Of a DNA stretch of 64,000 nt, positions 55,654 to 64,000 are shown one piece after another. This DNA is from an uncultured Pelagibacteraceae bacterium. Lineage in GTDB: Bacteria; Pseudomonadota; Alphaproteobacteria; Pelagibacterales; Pelagibacteraceae. A model generated the notes under the pieces. It was given only the letters and a program-made list of their open reading frames with translations, ran no database searches and was not told where the DNA came from. A program made the translations under genes and the position numbers. The stretch lies in the NCBI GenBank assembly GCA_902571425.1, contig CACGBZ010000003.1:13091-77090 (forward strand). Reading direction: 5' to 3'. The first letter of the stretch is position 1; each line of letters starts with the position of its first letter.

Positions 55654-55902
55654 CTATTTTCTTAAATTCAATTTCGACAGTACATTTTTGTAAGAATCCA
55701 TTTTATTTTTCTTTAGGTATTCTAACAATTTCTTTCTTCTATTTACCGCTCTCAACAATCCAACAGATGAATGTTTATCCTTCTTGAATTGCTTAATATG
55801 CTTTGAGAGAGTTTCGATTTTCTCTGTTAGCAAAGCAATCTGAATCTCAGAAGATCCTGTATCTTTATCGTGCATTGCTAATTCTTGTGCCTTTTTATTC
55901 AT
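55654..55902 (-). CDS. rpsO: 30S ribosomal protein S15
   Basis: ..DTGSSEIQIALLTEKIETLSKHIKQFKKDKHSSVGLLRAVNRRKKLLEYLKK.. is a typical uS15 sequence. Confidence 0.95.
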   Translation of the reverse strand: MNKKAQELAMHDKDTGSSEIQIALLTEKIETLSKHIKQFKKDKHSSVGLLRAVNRRKKLLEYLKKNKMDSYKNVLSKLNLRK

Positions 55903-55914
55903 ACCTCTTTCTTC

Positions 55915-56283
55915 CTATTTATTTGTTTGTTTTATTAAGTTTTCTATTTTTTCTGCATACTCAAAAGACTCGTCTTTTCTAAAAAGTAATTTTGGTAAAA
56001 ATTTCATAACCACTTTTTGTGATAAAATTTTTCTAATTAAAAATGAGTATTCTTTTAAAATATTAATCGTTTCCTCAGCATTTTTTCCACCTAATGGAAG
56101 TACATATGCTTTAGCAATTTTTAAATCTGGACTCATTCTAACCTCAGTGACTGTTATATTGTTAGTTTCTAAGTTAGGCACCTTAGCCTCATTTCTTATA
56201 AAAATCATGCTTAAAGACTGCTTAATCATTTCTCCTACTCTAAGCTGTCTTTGAGATACTGGTTTTCCTATTCTATCTGCCAT
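55915..56283 (-). CDS. rbfA: Ribosome-binding factor A
   Basis: ..RQLRVGEMIKQSL.., ..ITVTEVRMSPDLKIAKAYV..; lies downstream of infB. Confidence 0.9.
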   Translation of the reverse strand: MADRIGKPVSQRQLRVGEMIKQSLSMIFIRNEAKVPNLETNNITVTEVRMSPDLKIAKAYVLPLGGKNAEETINILKEYSFLIRKILSQKVVMKFLPKLLFRKDESFEYAEKIENLIKQTNK

Positions 56284-58502
56284 TAAATTGATCTCTCTGT
56301 TGATGTAACATTAAAAGCCTCTATTGTGTCATTTTTTTGGAAATCCATATAATCTTTAACTGTAATACCACATTCTTGACCACCACTAACCTGTTTTACC
56401 TGATTTTTTTCTCTAAATATGGATGAAACTTTTCCAGTATATATAATAGCGCCGTCCCTAATGATTCTAACATCTGAAGTACTATTAATTTCTCCCTCGG
56501 TTACTTTTGAGCCAGCAACTTTTCCAGCACCTGAAACTTTAAATATTTCCAAAATTTGTGCTGTACCAGTAATTTTTTCTTGAACATCAGGTGCTAACAA
56601 TCCTGACATTCTTTGTTTAATATAATCTAAAACTTCATAAATAATATTGTATGAAGATATTTTTATCTTCTCATTTTCAGCAAGTTTTTTTGCTTCTTTA
56701 CTTGGTTTAACATTGAAAGCAATTAACACTGCATTTGAAGCTTTAGCTAATGTAACGTCTGTTTCTGTTACCATTCCAATATCTGCTAAAATTATTTTAG
56801 GTTTAACCTCATCATGTTTAATTTGACTAATTGCATTTTTAATTGCTTCTGATGATCCATGTACATCAGATTTAATAATTAAATTTAATTCTTCTGTGGA
56901 TTTATCTGAAAAAGCAGATTCTTGGGTTGCAAAAGTTAGCGGATTTTTTCCATCCTTACTTTCTTGAGCCCTGTTTTCACTCAATATCTTGGCCTCTTTT
57001 TCTGTGTCTAGTACAATAAAATCATCACCAGCTTTTGCTGCACCATTTATTCCTAAAATTTCAACAGGTGTTGAAGGTAAAGCTTCATTAATATTTTGAC
57101 CTTTGTCATTAATAATTGCTCTAACTTTTCCCCATTTTAAGCCGCTTACAAAAAAATCACCTCTCTTGAGAGTTCCAGTTGTGACAATTATATTTGCTAC
57201 AGGACCCCTACCAACATCAATTTTGGACTCTAAGACTATACCTGTGGCCTTAGATTCATAATCTGTTTTAAGATCTAAAATCTCTGATTGAAGTATAATA
57301 GACTCTACTAACTTATCTAAATTTTGTTTTGTTTTAGTTGAAATTTCAACCATTAAGGTATCACCAGATAAATCTTCAGAAATTAATTCATGTTCTAATA
57401 ATTGATTTTTTATCTTCTGTGGATCTGCCTCTGGTAAATCACATTTGTTTATTGCAACAACTATTGGTACATTTGCAGCTTTAGCATGTTTAATAGACTC
57501 CACAGTTTGAGGTTTAACTCCATCGTCCGCAGCAACAACTAATACAACCACATCTGTTAATTTTGATCCTCTTGCTCTCATCTCTGTAAAGGCAGCATGG
57601 CCTGGTGTATCAATAAATGTTAATTTATTGTCATGGCTTTCAATTTGATAAGCTCCAATATGTTGGGTTATTCCACCAAATTCTCCTGAAACTACATTTG
57701 CACTTCTAAGCACATCTAGTACTGAAGTCTTACCATGATCAACATGCCCCATGACAGTAACTATTGGTGGTCGATTTTTTAAATTTTCAGTTCTTGAAGC
57801 TTTTATTTTTTGAATTATTTCCTCTGCTTTTTCTTCTCTTATTGGGTTGTGACCAAATTCTTTTACTAAATACTCTGCTGTATCTGCAGCTAATGTTTGA
57901 TTGATTGTCACCGTAACACCCATACCAAATAAGTGCTTAATTACATTGCTTGATTGTTCAGCCATTCTATTTGCAAGTTCTCTTACAGTGATTGCTTCAG
58001 GAATATTAACATCCCTTTTAAATGGTTTTAAATTTTCTTGAGAGTCATCTTTTGTAGCGTTTTTAATTTCTTTTTGTCTTGCTCTCTTAACTGATGCTAA
58101 ACTTCTTTGTTTTGCGTCAATCTCATCACTTAACGCTCTTGAAACTGTTAATTTTAATTCTCTTTTCTTCGTACCTGATTTTAAATTCTTTTTATCTTTA
58201 TTTTCACTATCTCCTTTAAGTCTTTTAGTGGCTCTTTGCTCTGCTAGTTTTCTCTTTTCAAAATCGTTTGTTATAGGAGGTGATTTAGGATTAAATGAAG
58301 GTTTAAGTGGTGCTCCTCTGTTGAAAGTTGAGTTTATTCTTGGCTTATTCGAACTAGATCTAAATGATCCACCTCTAGTCGAAAATTTTCCAGTTTGTTT
58401 TTCAATTACTACAGAATTTTTTCCTTGTGATTTAGCAATTTCAATATTCTTGATTGATTTTTTGGCTGAGCCTGAAATTGTTAATTTTGTTTTTTTCTCC
58501 AT
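56283..58502 (-). CDS. infB: Translation initiation factor IF-2
   Basis: GTPase domain ..[25 protein letters not shown].., basic N-terminal region; 739 aa. Confidence 0.97.
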   Translation of the reverse strand: MEKKTKLTISGSAKKSIKNIEIAKSQGKNSVVIEKQTGKFSTRGGSFRSSSNKPRINSTFNRGAPLKPSFNPKSPPITNDFEKRKLAEQRATKRLKGDSENKDKKNLKSGTKKRELKLTVSRALSDEIDAKQRSLASVKRARQKEIKNATKDDSQENLKPFKRDVNIPEAITVRELANRMAEQSSNVIKHLFGMGVTVTINQTLAADTAEYLVKEFGHNPIREEKAEEIIQKIKASRTENLKNRPPIVTVMGHVDHGKTSVLDVLRSANVVSGEFGGITQHIGAYQIESHDNKLTFIDTPGHAAFTEMRARGSKLTDVVVLVVAADDGVKPQTVESIKHAKAANVPIVVAINKCDLPEADPQKIKNQLLEHELISEDLSGDTLMVEISTKTKQNLDKLVESIILQSEILDLKTDYESKATGIVLESKIDVGRGPVANIIVTTGTLKRGDFFVSGLKWGKVRAIINDKGQNINEALPSTPVEILGINGAAKAGDDFIVLDTEKEAKILSENRAQESKDGKNPLTFATQESAFSDKSTEELNLIIKSDVHGSSEAIKNAISQIKHDEVKPKIILADIGMVTETDVTLAKASNAVLIAFNVKPSKEAKKLAENEKIKISSYNIIYEVLDYIKQRMSGLLAPDVQEKITGTAQILEIFKVSGAGKVAGSKVTEGEINSTSDVRIIRDGAIIYTGKVSSIFREKNQVKQVSGGQECGITVKDYMDFQKNDTIEAFNVTSTERSI

Positions 58503-58512
58503 ACCTCATCAC

Positions 58513-60066
58513 TCAATCTTTATAAATAATGTTTCTAGCAGACATAATTAGTTCATCCGCTTCCTCTTTTGACAAAGCAAAATCTTCCAGATAACCTTGG
58601 ATTTTCACTCTCTCGCCTTTAACCACATCATAACCACCAGTTAATTCATCAGATGCTAAGTCTGCAAAATCTTCTAAACTTAGAATTTTTTGTTCACCAA
58701 GTGTGACTAGCATTCCTGGTGTTAATCCCTTTAAATTAATCAAGGCATCCTCAAGACCAAGCTCTTTAATTCTCTGAGAAATATCCTCCTGGTCTTTTTC
58801 GTGGAACTCTTTAGCTCTTTCTATCAATGCTTTAGCAGTATCTTCCTCTATACCTTCTATCTTCATTAAATTTTCAGCTGAACTATCTTTGATATCATCA
58901 ATAGTTGAAAAACCTTCAGCAACAAGTAACTGACCCAATGTTTCGTCTAACTCTAAATTTTTTACAAAGTTCTCTGTTTTTTCTTTAAATTCTAATTGTC
59001 TTCGTTCAGAGTCCTCTGCATCTGTCATTATATTAATTTCATAATTTAACAGTTTTGTAGCAAGTCTAACGTTTTGACCTCTTCTTCCAATTGCTTTGCT
59101 TAAATTTTCTTCAGTTAGTATTACATCAAGTTTTTTTCTTTCACTATCAACATTAACTCTTTGTACCTCAGCTGGAGATAATGCATTTGAAACCAAAATA
59201 GCAGGATCTTCTGACCAATTAACTATATCAATTTTCTCTCCTTGAAGTTCATTTACAACAGCTTGAACTCTTGAACCCCTCATACCCACACAAGCACCTA
59301 CTGGATCTAGGGATGTATCAACTGCTTTAACGCATATTTTAGCTCTACTTCCTGGATCTCTTGAAGAAGATTTAATTTCTATTAAACCATCATAAATTTC
59401 TGGAACCTCTTGAACAAAAAGTTTTTCCATAAATTTAGGATGAGCTCTAGATAAAAATATTTGTTGTCCTCGAGGTTCTCTTCTAACATCATAACAATAA
59501 GCTTTTATACGATCGCCTGCTTTAATATTTTCACGAGGTATTAATTCATTTTTTTGAATTATTGCTTCGGTTCTTCCTAAATCAACAATTACATTTCCAA
59601 ATTCTAATCTCTTTACAATTCCACTTAAAATTGTGTCTTTCTTATCAATAAAATCGTTAAATTGTCTCTCTCTTTCAGCCTCTCTTACATTAAAACTAAT
59701 TACCTGTTTTGCAGTTTGTGCAGCTATTCTTCCAAAATCAAATGAAGGAAGTGGTTGTAAAACTTCGTCACCTATTGACTTATCTTTGTTTAATTCATTT
59801 AAATTAATTGCATCTTCTAATTTTATTTCAGTATTTGCATTTTCAGGATTTTCAGCAATTATCAATTTTCTAAAAAGTTCAATATCTCCATTGTCTCTAT
59901 TAATGGAAACTTTGATTTCATTTTCCTGTCCAAATTTTGATTTTGCAGCTTTAGCAATACCTGTTTCCATAGAACTTATAATTAGCTCTTTATCAATTGA
60001 TTTTTCTAAAGCTACAGCTTCAGCAATTCTTAATAATTCAAGTTTATCGGCTCTTTTATTCAACAT
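58513..60066 (-). CDS. nusA: Transcription termination/antitermination factor NusA
   Basis: S1 and KH1/KH2 domains (..GACVGMRGSRVQAV.., ..AIGRRGQNVRLA..) plus C-terminal HhH repeats. The conserved N-terminus starts at MLNKRADKLELL (ATG 60064-60066); the track start 60105 lies inside the upstream hairpin. Confidence 0.93.
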   Translation of the reverse strand: MLNKRADKLELLRIAEAVALEKSIDKELIISSMETGIAKAAKSKFGQENEIKVSINRDNGDIELFRKLIIAENPENANTEIKLEDAINLNELNKDKSIGDEVLQPLPSFDFGRIAAQTAKQVISFNVREAERERQFNDFIDKKDTILSGIVKRLEFGNVIVDLGRTEAIIQKNELIPRENIKAGDRIKAYCYDVRREPRGQQIFLSRAHPKFMEKLFVQEVPEIYDGLIEIKSSSRDPGSRAKICVKAVDTSLDPVGACVGMRGSRVQAVVNELQGEKIDIVNWSEDPAILVSNALSPAEVQRVNVDSERKKLDVILTEENLSKAIGRRGQNVRLATKLLNYEINIMTDAEDSERRQLEFKEKTENFVKNLELDETLGQLLVAEGFSTIDDIKDSSAENLMKIEGIEEDTAKALIERAKEFHEKDQEDISQRIKELGLEDALINLKGLTPGMLVTLGEQKILSLEDFADLASDELTGGYDVVKGERVKIQGYLEDFALSKEEADELIMSARNIIYKD

Positions 60067-60081
60067 AATTTTGTTTGCTCC

Positions 60082-60105
60082 AAAAAAAAATGGGCTTAAG
60101 CCCAT
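60082..60105 (-). terminator. Intrinsic terminator of metK that also lies in the nusA leader, about 15 nt before the nusA start
   Basis: Sense strand: acaaa-ATGGGCTTAAGCCCAT-TTTTTTTT-GGAGcaaacaaaatt-ATG. A 16-nt perfect palindrome (about 6-bp stem, 4-nt loop) is followed by a run of eight more Ts. Confidence 0.7.
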
Positions 60106-60131
60106 TTTGTAAAGTTCAATAATGTAGGTGC

Positions 60132-60159
60132 AATATATTAAAGTTTTTTTTTAATTCAA
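60132..60159 (-). promoter_or_regulatory. Candidate nusA promoter TTGAAT-N16-TATATT between the metK stop and the hairpin
   Basis: Read on the minus strand. Promoter-like hexamers are frequent in AT-rich DNA, so this call is weak on its own. Confidence 0.3.
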
Positions 60160-60165
60160 CATAAA

Positions 60166-61335
60166 CTATTTAGAAAAAACGTTAATTTTATCAGTTTTTT
60201 CCCATGAAAATGAACCATTTTCTTCAGGTGATCTACCAAAATGACCATAAGCAGCTGTTTTTTCATATATTGGTTTATTTAAATTTAACATTTCTCTGAT
60301 ACCTCTAGGGCTTAAATCAAAATTTTCTTTAATCTTCTCTACAACAAATTTATTTTTATCAAGATCGTTATCAGATAAATCGACATAAATAGATAATGGT
60401 TTTGATACGCCAATTGCATAAGCTAACTGGATTAAACATTTTTCAGCAATTTTAGAACCAACAACATTTTTAGCAATATACCTAGCAGCGTAAGCTGCTG
60501 ATCTATCAACTTTAGTTGGATCTTTACCTGAAAAAGCTCCACCACCATGAGGTGCAGCTCCACCATAAGTATCAACAATGATTTTTCTACCTGTCAAACC
60601 ACAATCTCCATCTGGCCCACCAATTACAAAATTTCCCGTCGGATTTACATAAAACTCGTCCTCATTAAAACCATCAAGAAAATTCTTAGGAATAGATTTT
60701 AACATATAAGGTCTAAGTAAATCTCTGACTTGCGATTGATTAACATCTGGTGAATGCTGTGAAGATATAACTACAGATTTTACTTTTGATGGTTTTCCAT
60801 CAACATACTCGAATGTTACCTGACTTTTTGAATCTGGTTCAATATTTTTTAATTTTCCAGATTTTCTATCTTCAGCCATTAATCTTAAGATTTTGTGAGA
60901 ATAATGAATTGGTGCTGGCATTAAAACATCCGTTTCATTACAAGCGTATCCAAACATGATACCTTGATCTCCAGCTCCTTCATCTTTGTTGCCAGAAGAA
61001 TCTACGCCCATAGCAATATCAGCTGATTGAGAATGTAGGTGACTTTCAATTTTTGTAGCTTCTTTCCAAGTAAATCCTTCTTGGTCATAACCAATATCTT
61101 TTATACAATTTCTTACTTTTTCAATTAACTCATCTTTTTTTATTTCTGGTCCTCTCACCTCACCAGCTAGAACAACTTTATTTGTCGTTGTAAGTGTTTC
61201 GCAAGCAACTCTAGAATATGGATCTCCAGAAATAAAACTATCAACAACCATATCTGAAATCCTATCAGACACTTTATCTGGGTGTCCCTCAGAGACGGAC
61301 TCACTTGTGAAAAGATAATTTTTTAAATTACTCAT
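60166..61335 (-). CDS. metK: S-adenosylmethionine synthetase
   Basis: ..[16 protein letters not shown].., ..[12 protein letters not shown].., ..[16 protein letters not shown]... Confidence 0.97.
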   Translation of the reverse strand: MSNLKNYLFTSESVSEGHPDKVSDRISDMVVDSFISGDPYSRVACETLTTTNKVVLAGEVRGPEIKKDELIEKVRNCIKDIGYDQEGFTWKEATKIESHLHSQSADIAMGVDSSGNKDEGAGDQGIMFGYACNETDVLMPAPIHYSHKILRLMAEDRKSGKLKNIEPDSKSQVTFEYVDGKPSKVKSVVISSQHSPDVNQSQVRDLLRPYMLKSIPKNFLDGFNEDEFYVNPTGNFVIGGPDGDCGLTGRKIIVDTYGGAAPHGGGAFSGKDPTKVDRSAAYAARYIAKNVVGSKIAEKCLIQLAYAIGVSKPLSIYVDLSDNDLDKNKFVVEKIKENFDLSPRGIREMLNLNKPIYEKTAAYGHFGRSPEENGSFSWEKTDKINVFSK

Positions 61336-62872
61336 TTTTAAGTTTCTTAAATGAAAATATTAAAAAAATATACAACAAAATTATAAATCCAAAAATTTTA
61401 TTTCCAAATTTTGCAAACAGGCTCATCTTAATTTCTCTTGATTCACTTAAATCTATATAACCAGATTTATTAATATCTACTTTTTGCTCAATAACTCCCA
61501 TTGGGTTAATAATTGCTGTTGTCCCATTATTTGCAGACCTTAAAACATATTTCCCACTCTCTATAGCTCTAAAAATACTATGAGTAAAATGTTGCTCCGG
61601 ACCAATTGATTTACCAAACCAACCATCTTCAGAAATATTTACAATATAATCAAAGTTACTGTTTGTGAAAATTTTACCTGAATAAATTATTTCATAACAA
61701 ATAAGAGGTAATATTTTCACTGATAAATTATTATATTTCAGATCAATTATTTTTCTTTCTTCACCTTTTGAATATGATTGATATTCATTGGTAATTGTTT
61801 TTAGACCAATACCTTTAAATAATTTTTCAAAAGGTAAAAATTCACCAAAAGGAACCAGGTTAATTTTTTTATATGAATTTACTATATTTAGATTGTGATC
61901 AAAAATAGATAATGAATTAAAATATTTAGTAGTTTTAGTTTCATCTTCTTTGCTATTGATTCCAATTACAATCAAATGATTTTCGTTGAATTTATTTTCA
62001 AACAACCATTTATATTCTTTTAGTTGGTCTTGTGAAACACCTGGAATAATACCTTCTGGCCAAACAAAAATTATTTTTTCACTTTTTTTAGGAGAGCTGA
62101 TTTCAATTAGCTCTTCTATTGCAGTTATTGGATCAATATTATTATAAAATCTATCTATACTTATATTTGAACTCAAAACTCTTAGTTTATAGTCAAGATT
62201 TTTTACTTCTTGTTTATTAAATTTTTCTAAATTTTGTGAACCAAGTACATAAAATGATAACGTTGTAACTAGAAATGCAACACAAATACTAATATCTTTT
62301 TTATTTTCTCTTAAAATAAATATTGATGGACTTGTAAATAATGAAATACAGAAAAGATTAAAGCTGTAAGTACCTATGATTGACGTAATATTTAAAATTT
62401 CTATTTGATTAGAGAAACTATAAGCAATTAAATTCCAAGGAAAACCAGTTAGTATTGATCCTCGTAGAAATTCTACTATTCCAAATATTAAAGAAAAAAG
62501 AAAGAATGAACTCAAATTTTTATTTGGTTTTAAAACTGCAAATAAAAAAGTAACTAAACCATAAAACAAAGCTAAGAAACCAGGTATTAATATTATCGTA
62601 AAAGGTACTAAAAAATTAAAATTTTGATCAAACGTTAATGATATTGAGATCCAATATAAATTACTTACAAAATAACCAAAACCAAATAACCAACCATAAA
62701 GAAAAAATATTTTTTTATTTTTATAAAACTCAATTTTTTTTATCAAAAAAATATAGAATAAACTAAAAGTTAAAAAATTTATTACAACATAATTAAATGG
62801 CGATAAACTTAAGGAGGTAAGCACTCCTAATAAAATTAAATAAATTAATTCAATATGAAATTTATTTTTCAA
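61328..62872 (-). CDS. lnt: Apolipoprotein N-acyltransferase
   Basis: N-terminal polytopic domain plus a C-terminal CN-hydrolase domain (..VWPEG.., ..LICYEIIY..). Overlaps the metK start by 8 nt. Confidence 0.9.
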   Translation of the reverse strand: MKNKFHIELIYLILLGVLTSLSLSPFNYVVINFLTFSLFYIFLIKKIEFYKNKKIFFLYGWLFGFGYFVSNLYWISISLTFDQNFNFLVPFTIILIPGFLALFYGLVTFLFAVLKPNKNLSSFFLFSLIFGIVEFLRGSILTGFPWNLIAYSFSNQIEILNITSIIGTYSFNLFCISLFTSPSIFILRENKKDISICVAFLVTTLSFYVLGSQNLEKFNKQEVKNLDYKLRVLSSNISIDRFYNNIDPITAIEELIEISSPKKSEKIIFVWPEGIIPGVSQDQLKEYKWLFENKFNENHLIVIGINSKEDETKTTKYFNSLSIFDHNLNIVNSYKKINLVPFGEFLPFEKLFKGIGLKTITNEYQSYSKGEERKIIDLKYNNLSVKILPLICYEIIYSGKIFTNSNFDYIVNISEDGWFGKSIGPEQHFTHSIFRAIESGKYVLRSANNGTTAIINPMGVIEQKVDINKSGYIDLSESREIKMSLFAKFGNKIFGFIILLYIFLIFSFKKLKNE

Positions 62873-62873
62873 T

Positions 62874-63335
62874 TTAATATATTTTTGATTTTACAGATTT
62901 AAATAAAAGATTTTCTTCTTTTACCATTTTGTAGTAATCTTTATTTTTTTTATGATCAAAACCTAAAAGATGAAGAAAACCATGTATTAATATTTTAGCA
63001 ACTTTTTCTTTAAAAAATTTTAAATCTTGTGATCTTGGTTTATCTAGATAATTATAGCTGATGATAATGTCTCCCAAATAAGTATTTTTTTTAATTTTTA
63101 TTTTTTTATCTAATGGAAAAGATAAAATATCGGTAGATTTATTTTTTTTTCTAAAAACTTTATTTAATTTTTTAATATTCTTATTATTTGAAAGTAATAG
63201 TGTGAAGGTTACTTTTTTATTCAAAAATTTATATTTTTTTGGAAAAGCTTTACATATTTTTTTAAAAAAAATATCTCTATTTTTTAGCCTTTTTGACCAA
63301 GCCTTCTCCTCAGAGAAGACATTAATACTAATCAT
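62874..63335 (-). CDS. ybeY: Endoribonuclease YbeY (rRNA maturation)
   Basis: Zinc motif ..HGFLHLLGFDH... Confidence 0.92.
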   Translation of the reverse strand: MISINVFSEEKAWSKRLKNRDIFFKKICKAFPKKYKFLNKKVTFTLLLSNNKNIKKLNKVFRKKNKSTDILSFPLDKKIKIKKNTYLGDIIISYNYLDKPRSQDLKFFKEKVAKILIHGFLHLLGFDHKKNKDYYKMVKEENLLFKSVKSKIY

Positions 63336-64000
63336 TATTTGAGTATGCTTTAACTATTTTAGAAACAAGTGGGTGTCTAACTACATCTGAGTGATCAAAA
63401 TCAACTATGGATATTTCCTTTAAATGCCCAAGCAACTCTTTTGATCGGACTAATCCTGACATGCTTTTATTTGGTAAATCAATTTGAGAAGGGTCTCCAT
63501 TGACAACTATTTTTGAATTTTCTCCAATACGTGTTAAAAACATTTTTATCTGAGTATCCGTAGCATTTTGCGCTTCGTCTAAAATTGCAAAGGAATTTTT
63601 AAGAGTTCTACCTCTCATAAAAGCTAAAGGCGCAATCTCTATATCTCCAATCTCAATCATTCTCTGTATTTTTTCAAAGTCAAAAAGATCATATAAAGAG
63701 TCATATAAAGGTCTAAGATAAGGATCTACTTTTTCCTTCATATCGCCAGGTAAAAATCCTAAACGCTCACCTGCTTCTACAGCCGGTCTTGAAAGAATAA
63801 TTCTCTCAATCTTTTTTTCTAAAAGCATGGTTAAACCTACAGCTACTGCCAAAAAAGTTTTTCCTGTTCCTGCTGGTCCGGCTGAAATTATAATATCACT
63901 CTCCCTCAAAGCTCTCACATAGCTTTTTTGTTTTTCAGATCTAGGAATTATAGATTTTTTGGGAGTTTTAATAATATCTGTAACATTATTATTTTTTATC
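63328..64000 (-). CDS. phoH: PhoH-like ATPase, C-terminal part (gene runs off the right edge)
   Basis: ..AGPAGTGKTFLAV.., ..RPAVEAGERLGFLPGD..., ..ILDEAQN... The frame stays open upstream of the track start (..KKSIIPRSEKQKSYVRALRE..) to position 64000. Confidence 0.9.
   Translation of the reverse strand, partial: IKNNNVTDIIKTPKKSIIPRSEKQKSYVRALRESDIIISAGPAGTGKTFLAVAVGLTMLLEKKIERIILSRPAVEAGERLGFLPGDMKEKVDPYLRPLYDSLYDLFDFEKIQRMIEIGDIEIAPLAFMRGRTLKNSFAILDEAQNATDTQIKMFLTRIGENSKIVVNGDPSQIDLPNKSMSGLVRSKELLGHLKEISIVDFDHSDVVRHPLVSKIVKAYSNND

Noticed and set aside
59633-60112. 159-aa plus-strand ORF antisense to nusA, and similar antisense ORFs (for example 8915-9190, 15836-16162, 23617-23955, 54164-54466, 58228-58551, 1060-1320).
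   Set aside because: All lie inside strongly conserved genes on the other strand. They have S/F/L/I-rich low-complexity translations typical of antisense frames in AT-rich genomes, and they lack start signals.
61328-61400. A SAM riboswitch upstream of metK.
   Set aside because: The metK start codon lies 8 nt inside the 3' end of lnt, so there is no leader in which a riboswitch could fold. metK appears translationally coupled to lnt instead.

Overview
This is a strongly AT-rich, very gene-dense chromosomal segment. Most gene junctions are 0-15 nt or overlap, and six convergent gene pairs share stop-codon nucleotides. The protein set and synteny are alphaproteobacterial: mutM-rpsT-dnaA-dnaN, irr beside fabA-fabB-fabI, fdxA-carD, gltD-gltB, Coq7, a HIG1-domain protein, a SUV3-like helicase, and nusA-infB-rbfA-rpsO-pnp. 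Composition and streamlining suggest SAR11/Pelagibacterales, but that is an inference from reading, not from a search.

I call about 66 protein genes. Four of them are not on the ORF track: partial pheS at the left edge, a 43-aa lipoprotein between argH and lysA, a 30-aa lysine-rich microprotein, and a tentative 32-aa membrane peptide. There are two complete tRNAs (Arg-ACG, Leu-CAA), one orphan tRNA 3' half abutting the pnp stop, and a few GC-rich hairpins that stand out in the AT-rich background. I saw no transposase, integrase, phage genes, CRISPR array, toxin-antitoxin pair or recognisable defence genes. This is core genome, not an island.

The items most worth follow-up are:
- An Irr-box-associated operon of rubredoxin-less rubrerythrin, a CCG/4Fe-4S protein and a DUF3501-like protein, of unknown function.
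- An AceE-type pyruvate dehydrogenase E1 with its own N-terminal lipoyl domain.
- A self-contained expression cassette for a 30-aa poly-Lys/Ala microprotein, convergent with a CarD that has a histone-H1-like N-terminal extension.
- A TAXI-TRAP transporter embedded between acetoacetyl-CoA synthetase and thiolase.
- A terminator/attenuator hairpin about 15 nt upstream of nusA, in an operon lacking rimP and truB.
- The orphan tRNA 3' half after pnp.

All functional calls come from motifs recognised by eye. No database search, RNA folding or statistics were run.
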